Positions 9,832 through 20,571 of a DNA stretch of 64,000 nucleotides are shown one piece after another. Position 1 is the first letter of the stretch, and each line of letters starts with the position of its first letter. The notes under the pieces are model-generated. The model made no database searches, was not told where the DNA came from, and saw only the letters and a list, made by a program, of their open reading frames with translations. A program made the translations under genes and the position numbers. The DNA comes from an archaeon (GTDB taxonomy: Archaea > Nanobdellota > Nanobdellia > Woesearchaeales > GW2011-AR9), in assembly GCA_018696395.1 (NCBI GenBank), contig JABHQR010000013.1, positions 1,802-65,801 of the forward strand. The letters are read 5' to 3'.

Positions 9832-10215
9832 ATGGCATATGGGGCAGAATCAATAAATGGTAAAGGCTTTGCAGATAATACGGCTACGCATGAGTATAAT
9901 TCTAAAACTAAAATTCACTTAACTAATATGCCTGACGCAAGTAAATACTTTTGTAAAAATCCAGACGATATTTACCTTAAGAATATATTTAAAATTCAAA
10001 CACCAATTTCAGTTAATGGTTCTAAAATATACCAAACCTCATTAGATAGTAAACTAACTAAAAATGATTCTTTAAATAAATTAATGTATGATTCATTTAA
10101 ACCCAATTCTGCTTATAGCCCAGTTACTGCCAATTATATGTCATTAAATGCAAAAGAATTTTACAAAGGGTTAGATGATTTAGAATACTTAAGTGGAGGA
10201 GTTGGGTATCATTAA
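9832..10215 (+). CDS. Hypothetical protein
   Basis: 127-aa ATG ORF, no recognised motif. Confidence 0.5.
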   Translation: MAYGAESINGKGFADNTATHEYNSKTKIHLTNMPDASKYFCKNPDDIYLKNIFKIQTPISVNGSKIYQTSLDSKLTKNDSLNKLMYDSFKPNSAYSPVTANYMSLNAKEFYKGLDDLEYLSGGVGYH

Positions 10216-10217
10216 AT

Positions 10218-11066
10218 TTAACACCAACTACTTGATAAAGTCCTATCTGGGAATAAAGTTACTTTCTGCCCAGTTTGATATTTTTGATCATTACTTTTTC
10301 TTAACAACCTTATTCTATTATTAGAATTGTTTTGCTCAGCTGCCCATACATCCATTTTGTTAAGTTCATATTCAGAAGGGCTCAATTCATCATCAACAAC
10401 ATCATTGTCATTTCTAATCGACCATGCAGAAACATGATCAAAACCGATATTTCTCAACTCACTTACTATACCAACATATTCATTAAAAGTACCAATATTA
10501 TTTTTAGATAATACTACATTTGCCCTTGCTAGTAGTCCCGAAGAATGTATTCTTGAAACGATTAAATCTAATGAGGGATAATTTCCCACATTATAAATTT
10601 CTGCATTTTTTTCAAGGTCTAAATTATGTACAGTAATGTAAACTGTTTTCAGCCCTAAACCTTGCCATAAAGGCAAATACTTTTCACTAAATTTTTCTTC
10701 TTCACCAATCTTAATCCCATTGGAATAAAGATTGACCCAATCATATTTCATCCCTTCAAGTTCTAATTTTTGAACAAGTTCTAAAGTTAGAGTAACAGAT
10801 AAAGGAGATAATGTTGGTTCACCTCCACTTGTAATAGATAAAGACCTGGAACCTTGTTCATAACAAGATTTTAAAGTATTATAAAATAATTTTTCATTTA
10901 TCACACCATCATTTTTAGGCGCATATTTACGATGAATTATACCAGCACAATGTTTACATTTAGCATTACATTCACCTGTACCAACAAATAAACCTAAACT
11001 TAATATATTATTTTTACTATCTTCTTTTGAAGTCATTTCATACACAGAGCTCCTTTTTTTATCCAA
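10218..11066 (-). CDS. Radical SAM enzyme (paralog 2)
   Basis: CNAKCKHC CxxxCxxC motif, SGGEPT, LYSNG. Confidence 0.88.
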   Translation of the reverse strand: MDKKRSSVYEMTSKEDSKNNILSLGLFVGTGECNAKCKHCAGIIHRKYAPKNDGVINEKLFYNTLKSCYEQGSRSLSITSGGEPTLSPLSVTLTLELVQKLELEGMKYDWVNLYSNGIKIGEEEKFSEKYLPLWQGLGLKTVYITVHNLDLEKNAEIYNVGNYPSLDLIVSRIHSSGLLARANVVLSKNNIGTFNEYVGIVSELRNIGFDHVSAWSIRNDNDVVDDELSPSEYELNKMDVWAAEQNNSNNRIRLLRKSNDQKYQTGQKVTLFPDRTLSSSWC

Positions 11067-11908
11067 GAATATGCCACAGTATTATCTTGAAAAACAACCA
11101 ATTGTCTAACAAAATCTTTTTTAGGATTATGTTTAGTAACATAATTAGTATATCTCAAGATACTTCCATGATAATCAAACACACCACCGCCCCAAACATG
11201 CCCATGACAGATTTTGGCGTTAAGATGTAACCAAGCTTGTATGCCAAGTAAACCTAATCTTGAAGGAGTATATTTATTTCTAGTAGAATCAGGATTACCA
11301 ACTGGCCAAGAAGTTATGTTGTTAATACCTTTATCAATTAAAGTTGTTACAGAAGATTCATACTTTTTATGATTATCAACACCACCCTTCCTTAACAAAA
11401 GAGTACCTCTCACCCCTAAACCATGTTTTTCTACATTTCTTACAATAGTTTCGAAATCAGGATATTTTTTTATCCCATAAATTTGTGTTTGTTTATTTTC
11501 ATCAACCTCATGAATAGAAACTGCAACATTGTTTAAACCTAATTTTCTCCAAGTATCAAGATATTTATCACAAAAATTTTCATCACCCAACAAGATACCA
11601 TTAGTAAATAAATTTACATTTGGAAAGTAAGCACCTTCCTGAGCACATTTATTATAAATTTTTAAAGCATCAGTTAATGCACCTGGATCACAAGTAGGTT
11701 CGCCACTAGAAGTTAGAGATAATGACCAACCACCATACCTTGCAGACAATTTAATCGCAGCTTCAAGGTTCTTATCATAAAGTTTGTTTTCTTCACTTGA
11801 TTTTGCTTCTGATCTCAAATATTTTCCTGCACAAAAATCACAATTTGCATTACAAGCACCATCACCAACTAAAGCTGAAACACTATAAATCTTTTCGATA
11901 CAAGCCAT
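11033..11908 (-). CDS. Radical SAM enzyme (paralog 1)
   Basis: CNANCDFC motif, SSGEPT, LFTNG, VAVSIH. Confidence 0.88.
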   Translation of the reverse strand: MACIEKIYSVSALVGDGACNANCDFCAGKYLRSEAKSSEENKLYDKNLEAAIKLSARYGGWSLSLTSSGEPTCDPGALTDALKIYNKCAQEGAYFPNVNLFTNGILLGDENFCDKYLDTWRKLGLNNVAVSIHEVDENKQTQIYGIKKYPDFETIVRNVEKHGLGVRGTLLLRKGGVDNHKKYESSVTTLIDKGINNITSWPVGNPDSTRNKYTPSRLGLLGIQAWLHLNAKICHGHVWGGGVFDYHGSILRYTNYVTKHNPKKDFVRQLVVFQDNTVAYSWIKKGALCMK

Positions 11909-12041
11909 GTTATCACCTAAGTTATATTAGTAGTTTTACAATATAACCAAATTGTGAGAAATATTTTTCTGAGTAGTTGGAATTTTAGGTTTAGTTTTTA
12001 GTTACGAAATTTATTTAATTAAAAGATAATTAATAACAAGG

Positions 12042-12311
12042 ATGGAAATTAAACTAATTAAAGAAAATGATAAAGGAAAGACATATCAAACCGATGATTT
12101 TAAGATTTTATATAGATATAAAGATAAAATAGCAGGTGACAATTCTGAAAATGTTGAAGAGTTAATCTATTTTATTGCTGGTTCTGCTGAAATCACATTA
12201 AAAAATAAAACTTGGATTGTTACTTCCCCTGCAAAAGTAGAGTTCCCAGCTAAGACTTATCATAAAATTAAAGCTTTAACAAATATAAACTTTATACTTT
12301 TTGAAAAATAG
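12042..12311 (+). CDS. Small cupin-like beta-barrel protein
   Basis: ELIYFIAGSAEITL...VEFPAKTYHKIKA resembles the two cupin motifs. Confidence 0.6.
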   Translation: MEIKLIKENDKGKTYQTDDFKILYRYKDKIAGDNSENVEELIYFIAGSAEITLKNKTWIVTSPAKVEFPAKTYHKIKALTNINFILFEK

Positions 12312-12430
12312 TGTTTTAAAATACTTGTTAATTTAAAGAAAGATCATACTAATACTAACTCATTTTTATTTTTTTAGGTTATTTAGTACAGATTTGTTTT
12401 TATAATAAAACAATCTTGCTTATATTCTTG

Positions 12431-13900
12431 ATGAGAAATTTAATTTCAATCAAGGACCTTCTTAGAGATGATATTGAATTATTGATTAAAAAATCTCTAA
12501 GTATGAAAAATAAAGGAATCAAACAAAGTGAAAAACAGATTAAAATTGCCTCCCTATTTTTCGAGAATTCTACAAGAACAAGAGTAAGTTTTGAAACTGC
12601 AGCTCAAAATTTAGGACATTACATTAATGGTTTTTCCGGAATTGAAGGTACTTCAGTAAAGAAAGGTGAACCTTTAATTGATACATTAAAAATGTTTGAG
12701 GGATATGGTTATCAATTAATCCACATGCGTCATAACCTAGAAGGATCATCAAGGTATGCGTCCGATAATTGTCAATGCAACATTGTTAATGGTGGTGATG
12801 GATCAAATAGTCATCCAACTCAAACACTAATTGATTTAATGACGATTAAAGAAAAAAAAGGAAAATTAGAAAACATTAAAATAGCATTAATTGGTGATCT
12901 GAAGTACGGGAGAACAGTTCACTCCTTACTTCAAGCGATGGAATGTTTTAATAGTAAAATTTTCTTAGTATCACCAGAAAGTTTAGCAATGTCAGAATGG
13001 CGAAAAAAAGATTACTCATCCAAAACAGGAAATGAACTAATAATTTCTAATAATTTAAATGAAGTTATAAAAGAGTTAGATGTATTATATGTCACCAGAA
13101 TTCAAAGAGAAAGGTTCCCAGAAGGATTAGAGGGAGATATTGAATACAAAAAAGTTAGTGGAAGTTATAATATTAATCCAGAACTGTTACAACAAGCTAA
13201 AAATGATCTTCTAATTTTACACCCTTTACCAAGATATAAATTTAATATGGAAATTAGTATGGACATAAATCAACTAGACCAATGTGGATATTATGATCAA
13301 GCAACTAATGGGAGATTTATGCGAGCAGCAATTATTGAATGTCTACTTAATAAAAAATTAAATGGAAAAACAAGAGAACCTAATAACAATCCTCAACTTT
13401 GGCAAAGTTTATCAATTAAGCATGGGACAAAAAAAGGCGAAAGGATGATTTATCGGTTAGATAATGGTACCTTAATAGACCATATTGAACATAACCGGGG
13501 AGATTTAGTAAGATCATTACTAGGGATTAATTCTCAAGAAGGTCCAATCTTAGTTGCGAGCGGTATTAGAAGTAAAACATATGGAAGAAAAGATGTTCTT
13601 GCAATACATAATGTATCATTAAGTCCTGAACAATCATATATGTTAGGCTTAATTTCTGACCAAGCCACAGTAAACATTATTCAAACACAGAAAGTAGTTC
13701 GTAAAGGTAAAGTTGGTCTTCCAGATGTAATTGACAATTTAGTTCAATGTCAAAATATGAGATGCATTTCAAGGCCAGAACATTATGAGTTTGCCACAAA
13801 CAAATTTTATGTTGAGAGTAGAGAACCATTAAAGATAAGGTGCCATTACTGTGAACACCCCATGGAAAGATCAGAAATAACTAAAGCTTTGATGGGTTGA
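12431..13900 (+). CDS. pyrB: Aspartate carbamoyltransferase, fused catalytic (PyrB) + regulatory (PyrI) chains
   Basis: FFENSTRT, HPTQTLID, GDLKYGRTVHSL, YVTRIQRER, HPLPR; then NGTLIDHI and the Zn site CQNMRC...CHYCE of PyrI; ATG 12431 preferred over TTG 12416. Confidence 0.93.
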   Translation: MRNLISIKDLLRDDIELLIKKSLSMKNKGIKQSEKQIKIASLFFENSTRTRVSFETAAQNLGHYINGFSGIEGTSVKKGEPLIDTLKMFEGYGYQLIHMRHNLEGSSRYASDNCQCNIVNGGDGSNSHPTQTLIDLMTIKEKKGKLENIKIALIGDLKYGRTVHSLLQAMECFNSKIFLVSPESLAMSEWRKKDYSSKTGNELIISNNLNEVIKELDVLYVTRIQRERFPEGLEGDIEYKKVSGSYNINPELLQQAKNDLLILHPLPRYKFNMEISMDINQLDQCGYYDQATNGRFMRAAIIECLLNKKLNGKTREPNNNPQLWQSLSIKHGTKKGERMIYRLDNGTLIDHIEHNRGDLVRSLLGINSQEGPILVASGIRSKTYGRKDVLAIHNVSLSPEQSYMLGLISDQATVNIIQTQKVVRKGKVGLPDVIDNLVQCQNMRCISRPEHYEFATNKFYVESREPLKIRCHYCEHPMERSEITKALMG

Positions 13901-13931
13901 ATTGGAAATATTCAAAAAAAAATGGAACAAT

Positions 13932-14639
13932 TTATTTTATTAATTCCTTAAACTTTTCTGATTCAAATAAGCGTTCATGCATTTTCTTAAAAGCATTTAT
14001 TTTTGTTCTATAATTTATTTTATCAGAAAATATTTTTTGTAGCTGTTTATAGAATTTTGGATCTTTCTCTTTAATATATGGAAAAGCCTGTTGAGGCCTT
14101 AATTCAAACTCTTGTCTGATACCAAACCACCAGTCAATTATATTTTCTGAATAATGCCAGGAAATTCTTAAGAACAATTCTGCAAAATTTTTATCCTTTA
14201 AATTGTCTTCAAATTTTTTCATATACCTTTGAGATTTGTATACCCTACCCTGTGCATAATATTTTGTCCACTTTTTAGGTCCTTTTTGATATATATCTAA
14301 AGCTTTCTTTCTTAATTTCTTACCAAATTCAGAATTAGTATCAAGTAGAACATTAGAATTTCTTAAATCTCTCCACAATTTAGGCGGAAAACTATTAATT
14401 TTCATTGAATTTTTGTAAACATCCAAATCTTCATGTTTAATAGTTTCTGGAAGTGAATTATAAAATTGATTAGGAGTTTCTTTTAGCAATTTTTTATCAG
14501 TAAACAAATAAATATCCCAGTCACTATTTGGTTTATAATCACCAACTGCCCTTGAACCAACAACAATAAGAACTTTAGCTTTATATCTATCTTTTAAAAA
14601 TTCAACAATTAAATTAAGCTTTTCATCTTTTTTAACCAT
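13932..14639 (-). CDS. Pol-beta-superfamily nucleotidyltransferase with C-terminal helical domain
   Basis: VVGSRAVGDYKPNSDWDI (GS...DxD) motif. Confidence 0.8.
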   Translation of the reverse strand: MVKKDEKLNLIVEFLKDRYKAKVLIVVGSRAVGDYKPNSDWDIYLFTDKKLLKETPNQFYNSLPETIKHEDLDVYKNSMKINSFPPKLWRDLRNSNVLLDTNSEFGKKLRKKALDIYQKGPKKWTKYYAQGRVYKSQRYMKKFEDNLKDKNFAELFLRISWHYSENIIDWWFGIRQEFELRPQQAFPYIKEKDPKFYKQLQKIFSDKINYRTKINAFKKMHERLFESEKFKELIK

Positions 14640-14687
14640 AATGTATCTTGAAAGAACAAATAGTTTAATAATCTTTTTCTTTATTAA

Positions 14688-15470
14688 TCACTTACCAAAA
14701 AACCTTAACAAACCATCCTTAAACTTGTTTTTATTAATTTTTATCTTTTGGTGATTTACTTTCAACAGTTCCTTCTTCCTAACTAAACCTCGTTTGATTT
14801 TATAACTTCTAATTTGAAGATTAATTTGTTTTTCAATATCATCTTGATTAGGATAAAGTTTTTCTGCATCTTTAAACTGTTTTGAATGATAACTGTTTCT
14901 AGAACCATTATGTTTAAACTTCAAATGTTTATGTAACAGTTCATGGTACATTAGATAATCTAACATTGCAGGATTGGTTTCTTCAATCCCTTGAAAAATT
15001 TTTGATACAGTAACAGTATCATTATGGTAATTATAAGAAGCTAATCTTCTTGTAGAATCTCTCCCCCACACCAGATTTGGTTTATCTATCAAGTTAGCAA
15101 AAAATCGTTCATTTACCCTATAAAAAGATTCTTCAAGTTTAGGATCAATTTTTTCTGCTTCACTAAATTCATGAATTCTTTTAACGAAATTATTGTATAG
15201 GTTAATATTTAGTTTAGAATAATCTTTTTCATATTTTTTAGGTTTAAATACTTTCAAAAGAAGGGTTTGAATTAAACCAATTTTAATTTCATCATCAATA
15301 TTTTTCCATTTAAGGTTATACTTGATTTTAATATTTTTTTTTCCAAAACCATTATCATACTTAATATTGGCATTAAAATCAGAAAGTTGTAAACTATAAT
15401 GTTCTTCAAAATGATAATCAAATGTCCTATTTGGATATATCCTTCTAAAAGATTCTTCTATAAGGTTCAT
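14688..15470 (-). CDS. Zn metallopeptidase, SprT/YgjP-like
   Basis: YLMYHELLH (HExxH) followed by HSKQF. Confidence 0.75.
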   Translation of the reverse strand: MNLIEESFRRIYPNRTFDYHFEEHYSLQLSDFNANIKYDNGFGKKNIKIKYNLKWKNIDDEIKIGLIQTLLLKVFKPKKYEKDYSKLNINLYNNFVKRIHEFSEAEKIDPKLEESFYRVNERFFANLIDKPNLVWGRDSTRRLASYNYHNDTVTVSKIFQGIEETNPAMLDYLMYHELLHKHLKFKHNGSRNSYHSKQFKDAEKLYPNQDDIEKQINLQIRSYKIKRGLVRKKELLKVNHQKIKINKNKFKDGLLRFFGK

Positions 15471-15480
15471 TTTCTTAGAA

Positions 15481-16596
15481 TTATCCTATTGGAAACCTTA
15501 GTATTGCCGCAAATCCACCCATGTTCTTTAATTGAACACCCTCACGAGTTTCAGTGGAAATAATCTTTACTTCAGTTCCACCAACCTGGGCAAGTTCTTC
15601 AAAATGTAAAATTTTATCTTCACCAAGATCCTCAGATAAAAGCAAAATATTTACTGCACTCATTCCCAAAGCTCTAGTAACTTCAACTTCACCATACGAC
15701 ACTTTAGTATGGTCATCTAACATTTGTTTTAAGAAATCTTGTACAGCTTCCTTTTCTTTTGTAACTTCTTCTTCAGCTAGTAAATCACTTGATTTTTCTA
15801 ATAATTCTTGCAAACCAAAATCACCAGTATAGGACAAATCTTTAGTACCAATAATTTTTTTCTTAATATCACCAGTGATGTAATCTTTTCCTAAAAAACT
15901 TCCCACAGTAGTGCCTGGTCCACCAATAATAATACCTTTCAAATTTGTACCAATTGGAAGAAAATTTTCTTTCATATACTCAGCAATTTTTTTGAAATGA
16001 TCTTTGTATGCCCCTTCCCTAATACGTGCGAAACGTTGTGAAGATTGACCCCCAGCACGTGTTTTTCCAGGAACTTCAGAATGAGTCTTTTGTAAAGGTA
16101 CAATTGTTTTACCTTTTAATAATGCAATTACTGCATCCCTCCTGTCAAGAACAACTAAACCATATACTTCATGGTCAATTAACATTTCTTCCAAGATATC
16201 GGTAACAAAATTTTTATCACACCTATAAATTCTGATATTTAATGGAATTGGTGGTTCCATACTCCAAGCACGAATATCTTGCTTACCTTCTACCGATGCA
16301 ACATTACCAGCAAATACTGCCAAACCATGTTCAGGAGTTTTTGGAAAATTACGTAAATGTTGAATCATTTTTTCTAAAGATGCTTGAACATTCTTACGAG
16401 TTGATGCAGATTTAATGTTAGAAGCTGTACCTTGTTCTTCAGAAAGATGTTTAATGATTTTAGTGATCTCATATCCAGCAGGAATATAAACTGTTACAAA
16501 CTCAGTATGTAAAGCCTTATGAGACTTCAAATCCTTCATAAACTTTTTCAAATGTAACTTATCTTTGCTGGTTAATGCCATGGTATATTTAAACAC
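15481..16596 (-). CDS. prf1: Archaeal peptide chain release factor aRF1
   Basis: TASNIKS, YRCDKNF, GGQS motifs, C-terminal GGFAAILRF. Confidence 0.96.
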   Translation of the reverse strand: MFKYTMALTSKDKLHLKKFMKDLKSHKALHTEFVTVYIPAGYEITKIIKHLSEEQGTASNIKSASTRKNVQASLEKMIQHLRNFPKTPEHGLAVFAGNVASVEGKQDIRAWSMEPPIPLNIRIYRCDKNFVTDILEEMLIDHEVYGLVVLDRRDAVIALLKGKTIVPLQKTHSEVPGKTRAGGQSSQRFARIREGAYKDHFKKIAEYMKENFLPIGTNLKGIIIGGPGTTVGSFLGKDYITGDIKKKIIGTKDLSYTGDFGLQELLEKSSDLLAEEEVTKEKEAVQDFLKQMLDDHTKVSYGEVEVTRALGMSAVNILLLSEDLGEDKILHFEELAQVGGTEVKIISTETREGVQLKNMGGFAAILRFPIG

Positions 16597-16678
16597 GAGG
16601 TTAATTTATAAATGTTGTTGAAAAATAATTTTAAGATGAAATAATTATAATGTAAGATAAGAAGCTAAAATAATTTAA

Positions 16679-17182
16679 TTAAACTAACATACTAACTCCT
16701 TTCACCAACTCCTTTTGAACAATTTTTTTAGAACTATCAACCACAATATGCTTTACACCCAACTCAACTATTGCATCAAAACATTCGTCAAAGATTTCAC
16801 ATTGTAAATTTTCTTCAATTTTTTTCTTACCATACTTTCTTCCTTCAAGCCTTTCCCTTAGCTTTTTAAGATTAGAACATTTCATAACAATTGCTAAATC
16901 AATTATTTTTTTTGGTAAAAGGTGGGAGATATGAGTATCAAATACAAATATTTTAAGAGGATTATTTTTCAAGATTTCATCAATAACTTTCCTTAAAATT
17001 TTGATGTTAAGATCATAACATTTACTACTACGATCATACCCTAAAGAAAGTTTTTTATTTTGTTTCAACAGGTCATGCCAATCAATCTGTTCATATCCCA
17101 ATCTATCACACAACAATTTTGCAACAGTGGTTTTACCAGTACCGGGAGTACCAGTAATAATTATTAATTTTGCTCTTTTCAC
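16679..17182 (-). CDS. Adenylate kinase, archaeal AK6/Fap7 type
   Basis: ITGTPGTGKTT, DTH, RL..R.Y...KI.EN..CEI. Confidence 0.85.
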   Translation of the reverse strand: MKRAKLIIITGTPGTGKTTVAKLLCDRLGYEQIDWHDLLKQNKKLSLGYDRSSKCYDLNIKILRKVIDEILKNNPLKIFVFDTHISHLLPKKIIDLAIVMKCSNLKKLRERLEGRKYGKKKIEENLQCEIFDECFDAIVELGVKHIVVDSSKKIVQKELVKGVSMLV

Positions 17183-17191
17183 TTTTTACTT

Positions 17192-19084
17192 CTACTTTTT
17201 CTTCCTTCTAGAAAATATTTTTATAAATGCAGGTGGCTTTTTAATTTTGATAGTATAATACTCTTCATCATGTAATTCTAATTTTTTCTTGTGAGGTTTA
17301 TAATCACCTCTTTCAATTGCTTTTTTACGTGCTTCTGCTCTTTCTTTCATATGTTGCTCTTTTTGTCTTTCTTTCTTATGTTTAGTGTACATAATTCTTT
17401 CCATAATTCTTTTTCTCACAATTGAATCTATAACCATAATTAACAAGAATAAAAATAAGCCATAGAAAAATAAGATTAAAAAGTCTTCCCAAACTGAAAA
17501 AAGAGTACCTTGAAATATGAACATTTCTCTAATTATATTTTGAGTAAGAACAAAAGGGTTTAACTTAGTAATTTCTCTTAACCCTTCAGACATACCCTCC
17601 ACTGGCAAAATAACTCCTGATACAAATAAGAAGAAACTACCTGTCGAGATTGAAGCTAAAATTCCTGTTTCCTCTGAACTAAATGCATATCCGATAACCA
17701 TACCTATTAAGCTAAACACAGTTGCAGCAAAAACAAGAGCAAGGAAAATAAAAGGGAATGTAGAAATAGACTCTGGCATAAATAATAAAGCAATAACAAG
17801 AATGACAATTAATTGAGCAATAATAATAACTAAATTAGTTAACACAGTAGCTAATACAAAAGTAACCTTTTTTACAGGAATCAAATAATTTCTCACATAA
17901 GCTTGATTACCTTTCTCAATCATTACTAAAGTACAACCTAACATGATAGAAAGGAACATCACTATTAATGTTAAAAGAATTGGGAACATATAATCTAAAT
18001 GACTATCACCAGAATTTACTGTTTCAATATTTGTTGTAATCGGACTTGAAACTACAGATGCATCTGAAACAGCTAAACTTTCCAAATTTGTTTGGATAGT
18101 AGTTAATGATTCGGACAGATCAGATAAAGAACCACTTAATTCAGATAATGAAGTTGTTAATCCTGTTACTGTTGAAGTTGTTGAATTTACAGAAGAAGCT
18201 GCTTCGACAACTTTAGAGTTAGCTTCTTCAAGTTCACCTATAAGCAAAGTCACCATATATTCAACTTGACCATAACTGTAAGTCCCATTACCAGATATTA
18301 AACTTGATACTTCATCCAAATCAGAATTAATATCACTTAAATAATCCTCAACATCACTTATATAAGAACCAGTTAAATTAGAATCCTCCAATGCTTCTTG
18401 AGCACTTTCAACATTACTTTCCGCTGATAAAATCCTAGAATTAGTATACATCCTAAATTCATCTAATAAGTTTTGGTCAATAGAATATTCTAAACTACCC
18501 AAATCAATAGTCCCAAGATTCGAACTAATTGTTTCTGAACTAGTTTTATATTCATCGTTAGAAGTTTTTAAAGATTGTAAGTTACTTACTTCGTTAGATA
18601 AAGAAGTTTGTGCAGAATAAATTTTAGTAAATAAATCACTAACTAAAGATTCAGAAAGTTCTTGAGTTTGCAAATCAAGTTCTTCAAAAAGAACTTCTTG
18701 AACAGCCCAAACAATATTAATTTTACTTTCATCAAGATAAAACGTAACTTCGGTGGCAGTATTCTCCGATATTTCAAAATTTAAAGGTAAAGATACACAA
18801 GCATGAATATTTTCTGATTGAACATCTTCGATACAATTATCAACATCAAAATAACTTACTGTACTATACCCTCGACTTTCTAAAGAATCAATTAAGGACA
18901 TACTAACATCTGAATTTGCTATAGTATGGATCCCAATTGTTAAACCATAAGTTTGTGAAGTACTATAAGATAATCCAATTAAAAGGATCATAAGTAAAGG
19001 TGCAAAGATTACAATTAAAGCAGAACTTTTAGACCTAACTAAAATTTTTAAATTCTTTTTTATCAATAAAGGTAAATATTTCAT
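17192..19084 (-). CDS. ABC-2 type permease with long extracytoplasmic coiled-coil (YhgE/Pip-like)
   Basis: N-terminal TM, Ser/Thr/Leu-rich helical ectodomain, multiple C-terminal TMs with SGVILPVE.M. Confidence 0.85.
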   Translation of the reverse strand: MKYLPLLIKKNLKILVRSKSSALIVIFAPLLMILLIGLSYSTSQTYGLTIGIHTIANSDVSMSLIDSLESRGYSTVSYFDVDNCIEDVQSENIHACVSLPLNFEISENTATEVTFYLDESKINIVWAVQEVLFEELDLQTQELSESLVSDLFTKIYSAQTSLSNEVSNLQSLKTSNDEYKTSSETISSNLGTIDLGSLEYSIDQNLLDEFRMYTNSRILSAESNVESAQEALEDSNLTGSYISDVEDYLSDINSDLDEVSSLISGNGTYSYGQVEYMVTLLIGELEEANSKVVEAASSVNSTTSTVTGLTTSLSELSGSLSDLSESLTTIQTNLESLAVSDASVVSSPITTNIETVNSGDSHLDYMFPILLTLIVMFLSIMLGCTLVMIEKGNQAYVRNYLIPVKKVTFVLATVLTNLVIIIAQLIVILVIALLFMPESISTFPFIFLALVFAATVFSLIGMVIGYAFSSEETGILASISTGSFFLFVSGVILPVEGMSEGLREITKLNPFVLTQNIIREMFIFQGTLFSVWEDFLILFFYGLFLFLLIMVIDSIVRKRIMERIMYTKHKKERQKEQHMKERAEARKKAIERGDYKPHKKKLELHDEEYYTIKIKKPPAFIKIFSRRKKK

Positions 19085-19204
19085 CTTTCACATTCTCATG
19101 AATATCATTCATGACTCTTTTTTTAAGTTTTTATTTTGATTAATTAATTTTTATTTTGTAATAATTTCCTATGATTTACTTTTTATGAATTAATTACATG
19201 AATT

Positions 19205-20164
19205 TTAAGGTTTTAATATTTCTCCCCCATCTTTAGTTATTGTTTCAAAAATTGTTTTTAATGAAGGTTGAGAGATCTCCATCTGGTTAAGAGTTAAACC
19301 ATGTCTATCAATAAAAGAGGTAATAGCATTAACTGTTTGATTAAAATTATCTGATTCTAATAATATGTGGGTCCTACAATCAATTATTTTTTTAATTGGT
19401 AAACGTTTAGCATATTCTAAAAATAAGTCGTGATATTTCCCAGTCTTTAAACTGATTAAACTGTTTTGATGTAAGAAAGGTTTCCTTATTTCATCAATTT
19501 TCCCCTCATAATAAAATTTTCCTTCATTAACAATAGCAATCTTATTACAGATAAGCTCCATATTGTCTAAATCGTGAGATGCAATAATTACAGTAACACC
19601 CTGTTTATTAACTTCTTTAATTAGTTCAAGAATTTGATGTCTCAGTCCTGGATCAAGATCAGTTATTGGTTCATCCAATACTAATAATTTTGGTTTATGT
19701 ATTAAACTACAAGCTAAATCTAACCTACGTTGCATACCACCAGATAACTCTTCAGCTAAGAAATTTTTATATTCTAATAAACCCATAAAATCAAGAATGT
19801 TTTTAGCATTGTCAACCAATATGTTATCTCTGATCCCATAAGATCTTCCAAAATGTAAAACGTTTTCTTTAACTGTAAGTTTAGGATAGAAAGATAAATG
19901 TTGAGGGGTGAAACCAATCTTTTTTCTAATTTTCATATGATGTTTCTTTAGGTTTAGGCACTGCCCGGTTGGAGAATAAAATAAAACTTGCCCTTCATCA
20001 GGTTCAGAAAAACCCACAATCAAGTTTAATAAAGTTGACTTTCCAGAACCGGATTTACCTATAATACCAAATATATCGCCTTCTTCTACCACCATATTAA
20101 CATTAGATAGGATTAGACGAGACCCAAATTCCTTAGTCACCCCTTTTAATCTTAACAGTTCCAC
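19205..20164 (-). CDS. ABC transporter ATP-binding protein
   Basis: GKSGSGKS Walker A, LSGGM signature, LVLDEP Walker B, SHD. Confidence 0.95.
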   Translation of the reverse strand: MELLRLKGVTKEFGSRLILSNVNMVVEEGDIFGIIGKSGSGKSTLLNLIVGFSEPDEGQVLFYSPTGQCLNLKKHHMKIRKKIGFTPQHLSFYPKLTVKENVLHFGRSYGIRDNILVDNAKNILDFMGLLEYKNFLAEELSGGMQRRLDLACSLIHKPKLLVLDEPITDLDPGLRHQILELIKEVNKQGVTVIIASHDLDNMELICNKIAIVNEGKFYYEGKIDEIRKPFLHQNSLISLKTGKYHDLFLEYAKRLPIKKIIDCRTHILLESDNFNQTVNAITSFIDRHGLTLNQMEISQPSLKTIFETITKDGGEILKP

Positions 20165-20307
20165 ACTTTATTATTAATATATTTTTGTTTATAAAACTTT
20201 TCACTGAGTTAAGTCAATAACAAAGATTGTGAGAAAAAAAATAACAAAACTATAATTAAAATAATAATTAAAATTCATAAAAAATAGATGATAAATCTAA
20301 GAAAAAA

Positions 20308-20571
20308 TTAGATTATATCTTCTTCAGAAACAACAATGAAATCACCAGTTGCAATTACAGCTGAAAATGGAATTAATTGTTGTTCATCTTTATTTTTCTC
20401 AAGTTCCATCTTATCAGTATAAGTTGTTGGATTTTTAAGAACGATATGTATTAATTCACCTGAACCAACTTCAAACACTAAATCGCCAACCTCTCCAAAT
20501 TTCTTACCTGATTTAGATACAATTGTCTTACCAAGCAATTCCTTAGAATAATTCTTTTCTTTTTCCATCAT
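20308..20571 (-). CDS. PRC-barrel domain protein
   Basis: LLGKTIVSKSGKKFGEVGDLVFE...IPFSAVIATGDFIVV. Confidence 0.85.
   Translation of the reverse strand: MMEKEKNYSKELLGKTIVSKSGKKFGEVGDLVFEVGSGELIHIVLKNPTTYTDKMELEKNKDEQQLIPFSAVIATGDFIVVSEEDII

Noticed and set aside
10218-11908. Viperin or RiPP maturase assignment for the radical SAM pair
   Set aside because: No viperin-type N.H....CNY.C.FCF context, no SPASM/twitch cysteines, and no evident precursor peptide
15481-16596. Stop-codon reassignment suggested by a short aRF1
   Set aside because: NIKS, YxCxxxF and GGQ motifs are intact, and conserved genes end properly at TAA, TAG and TGA
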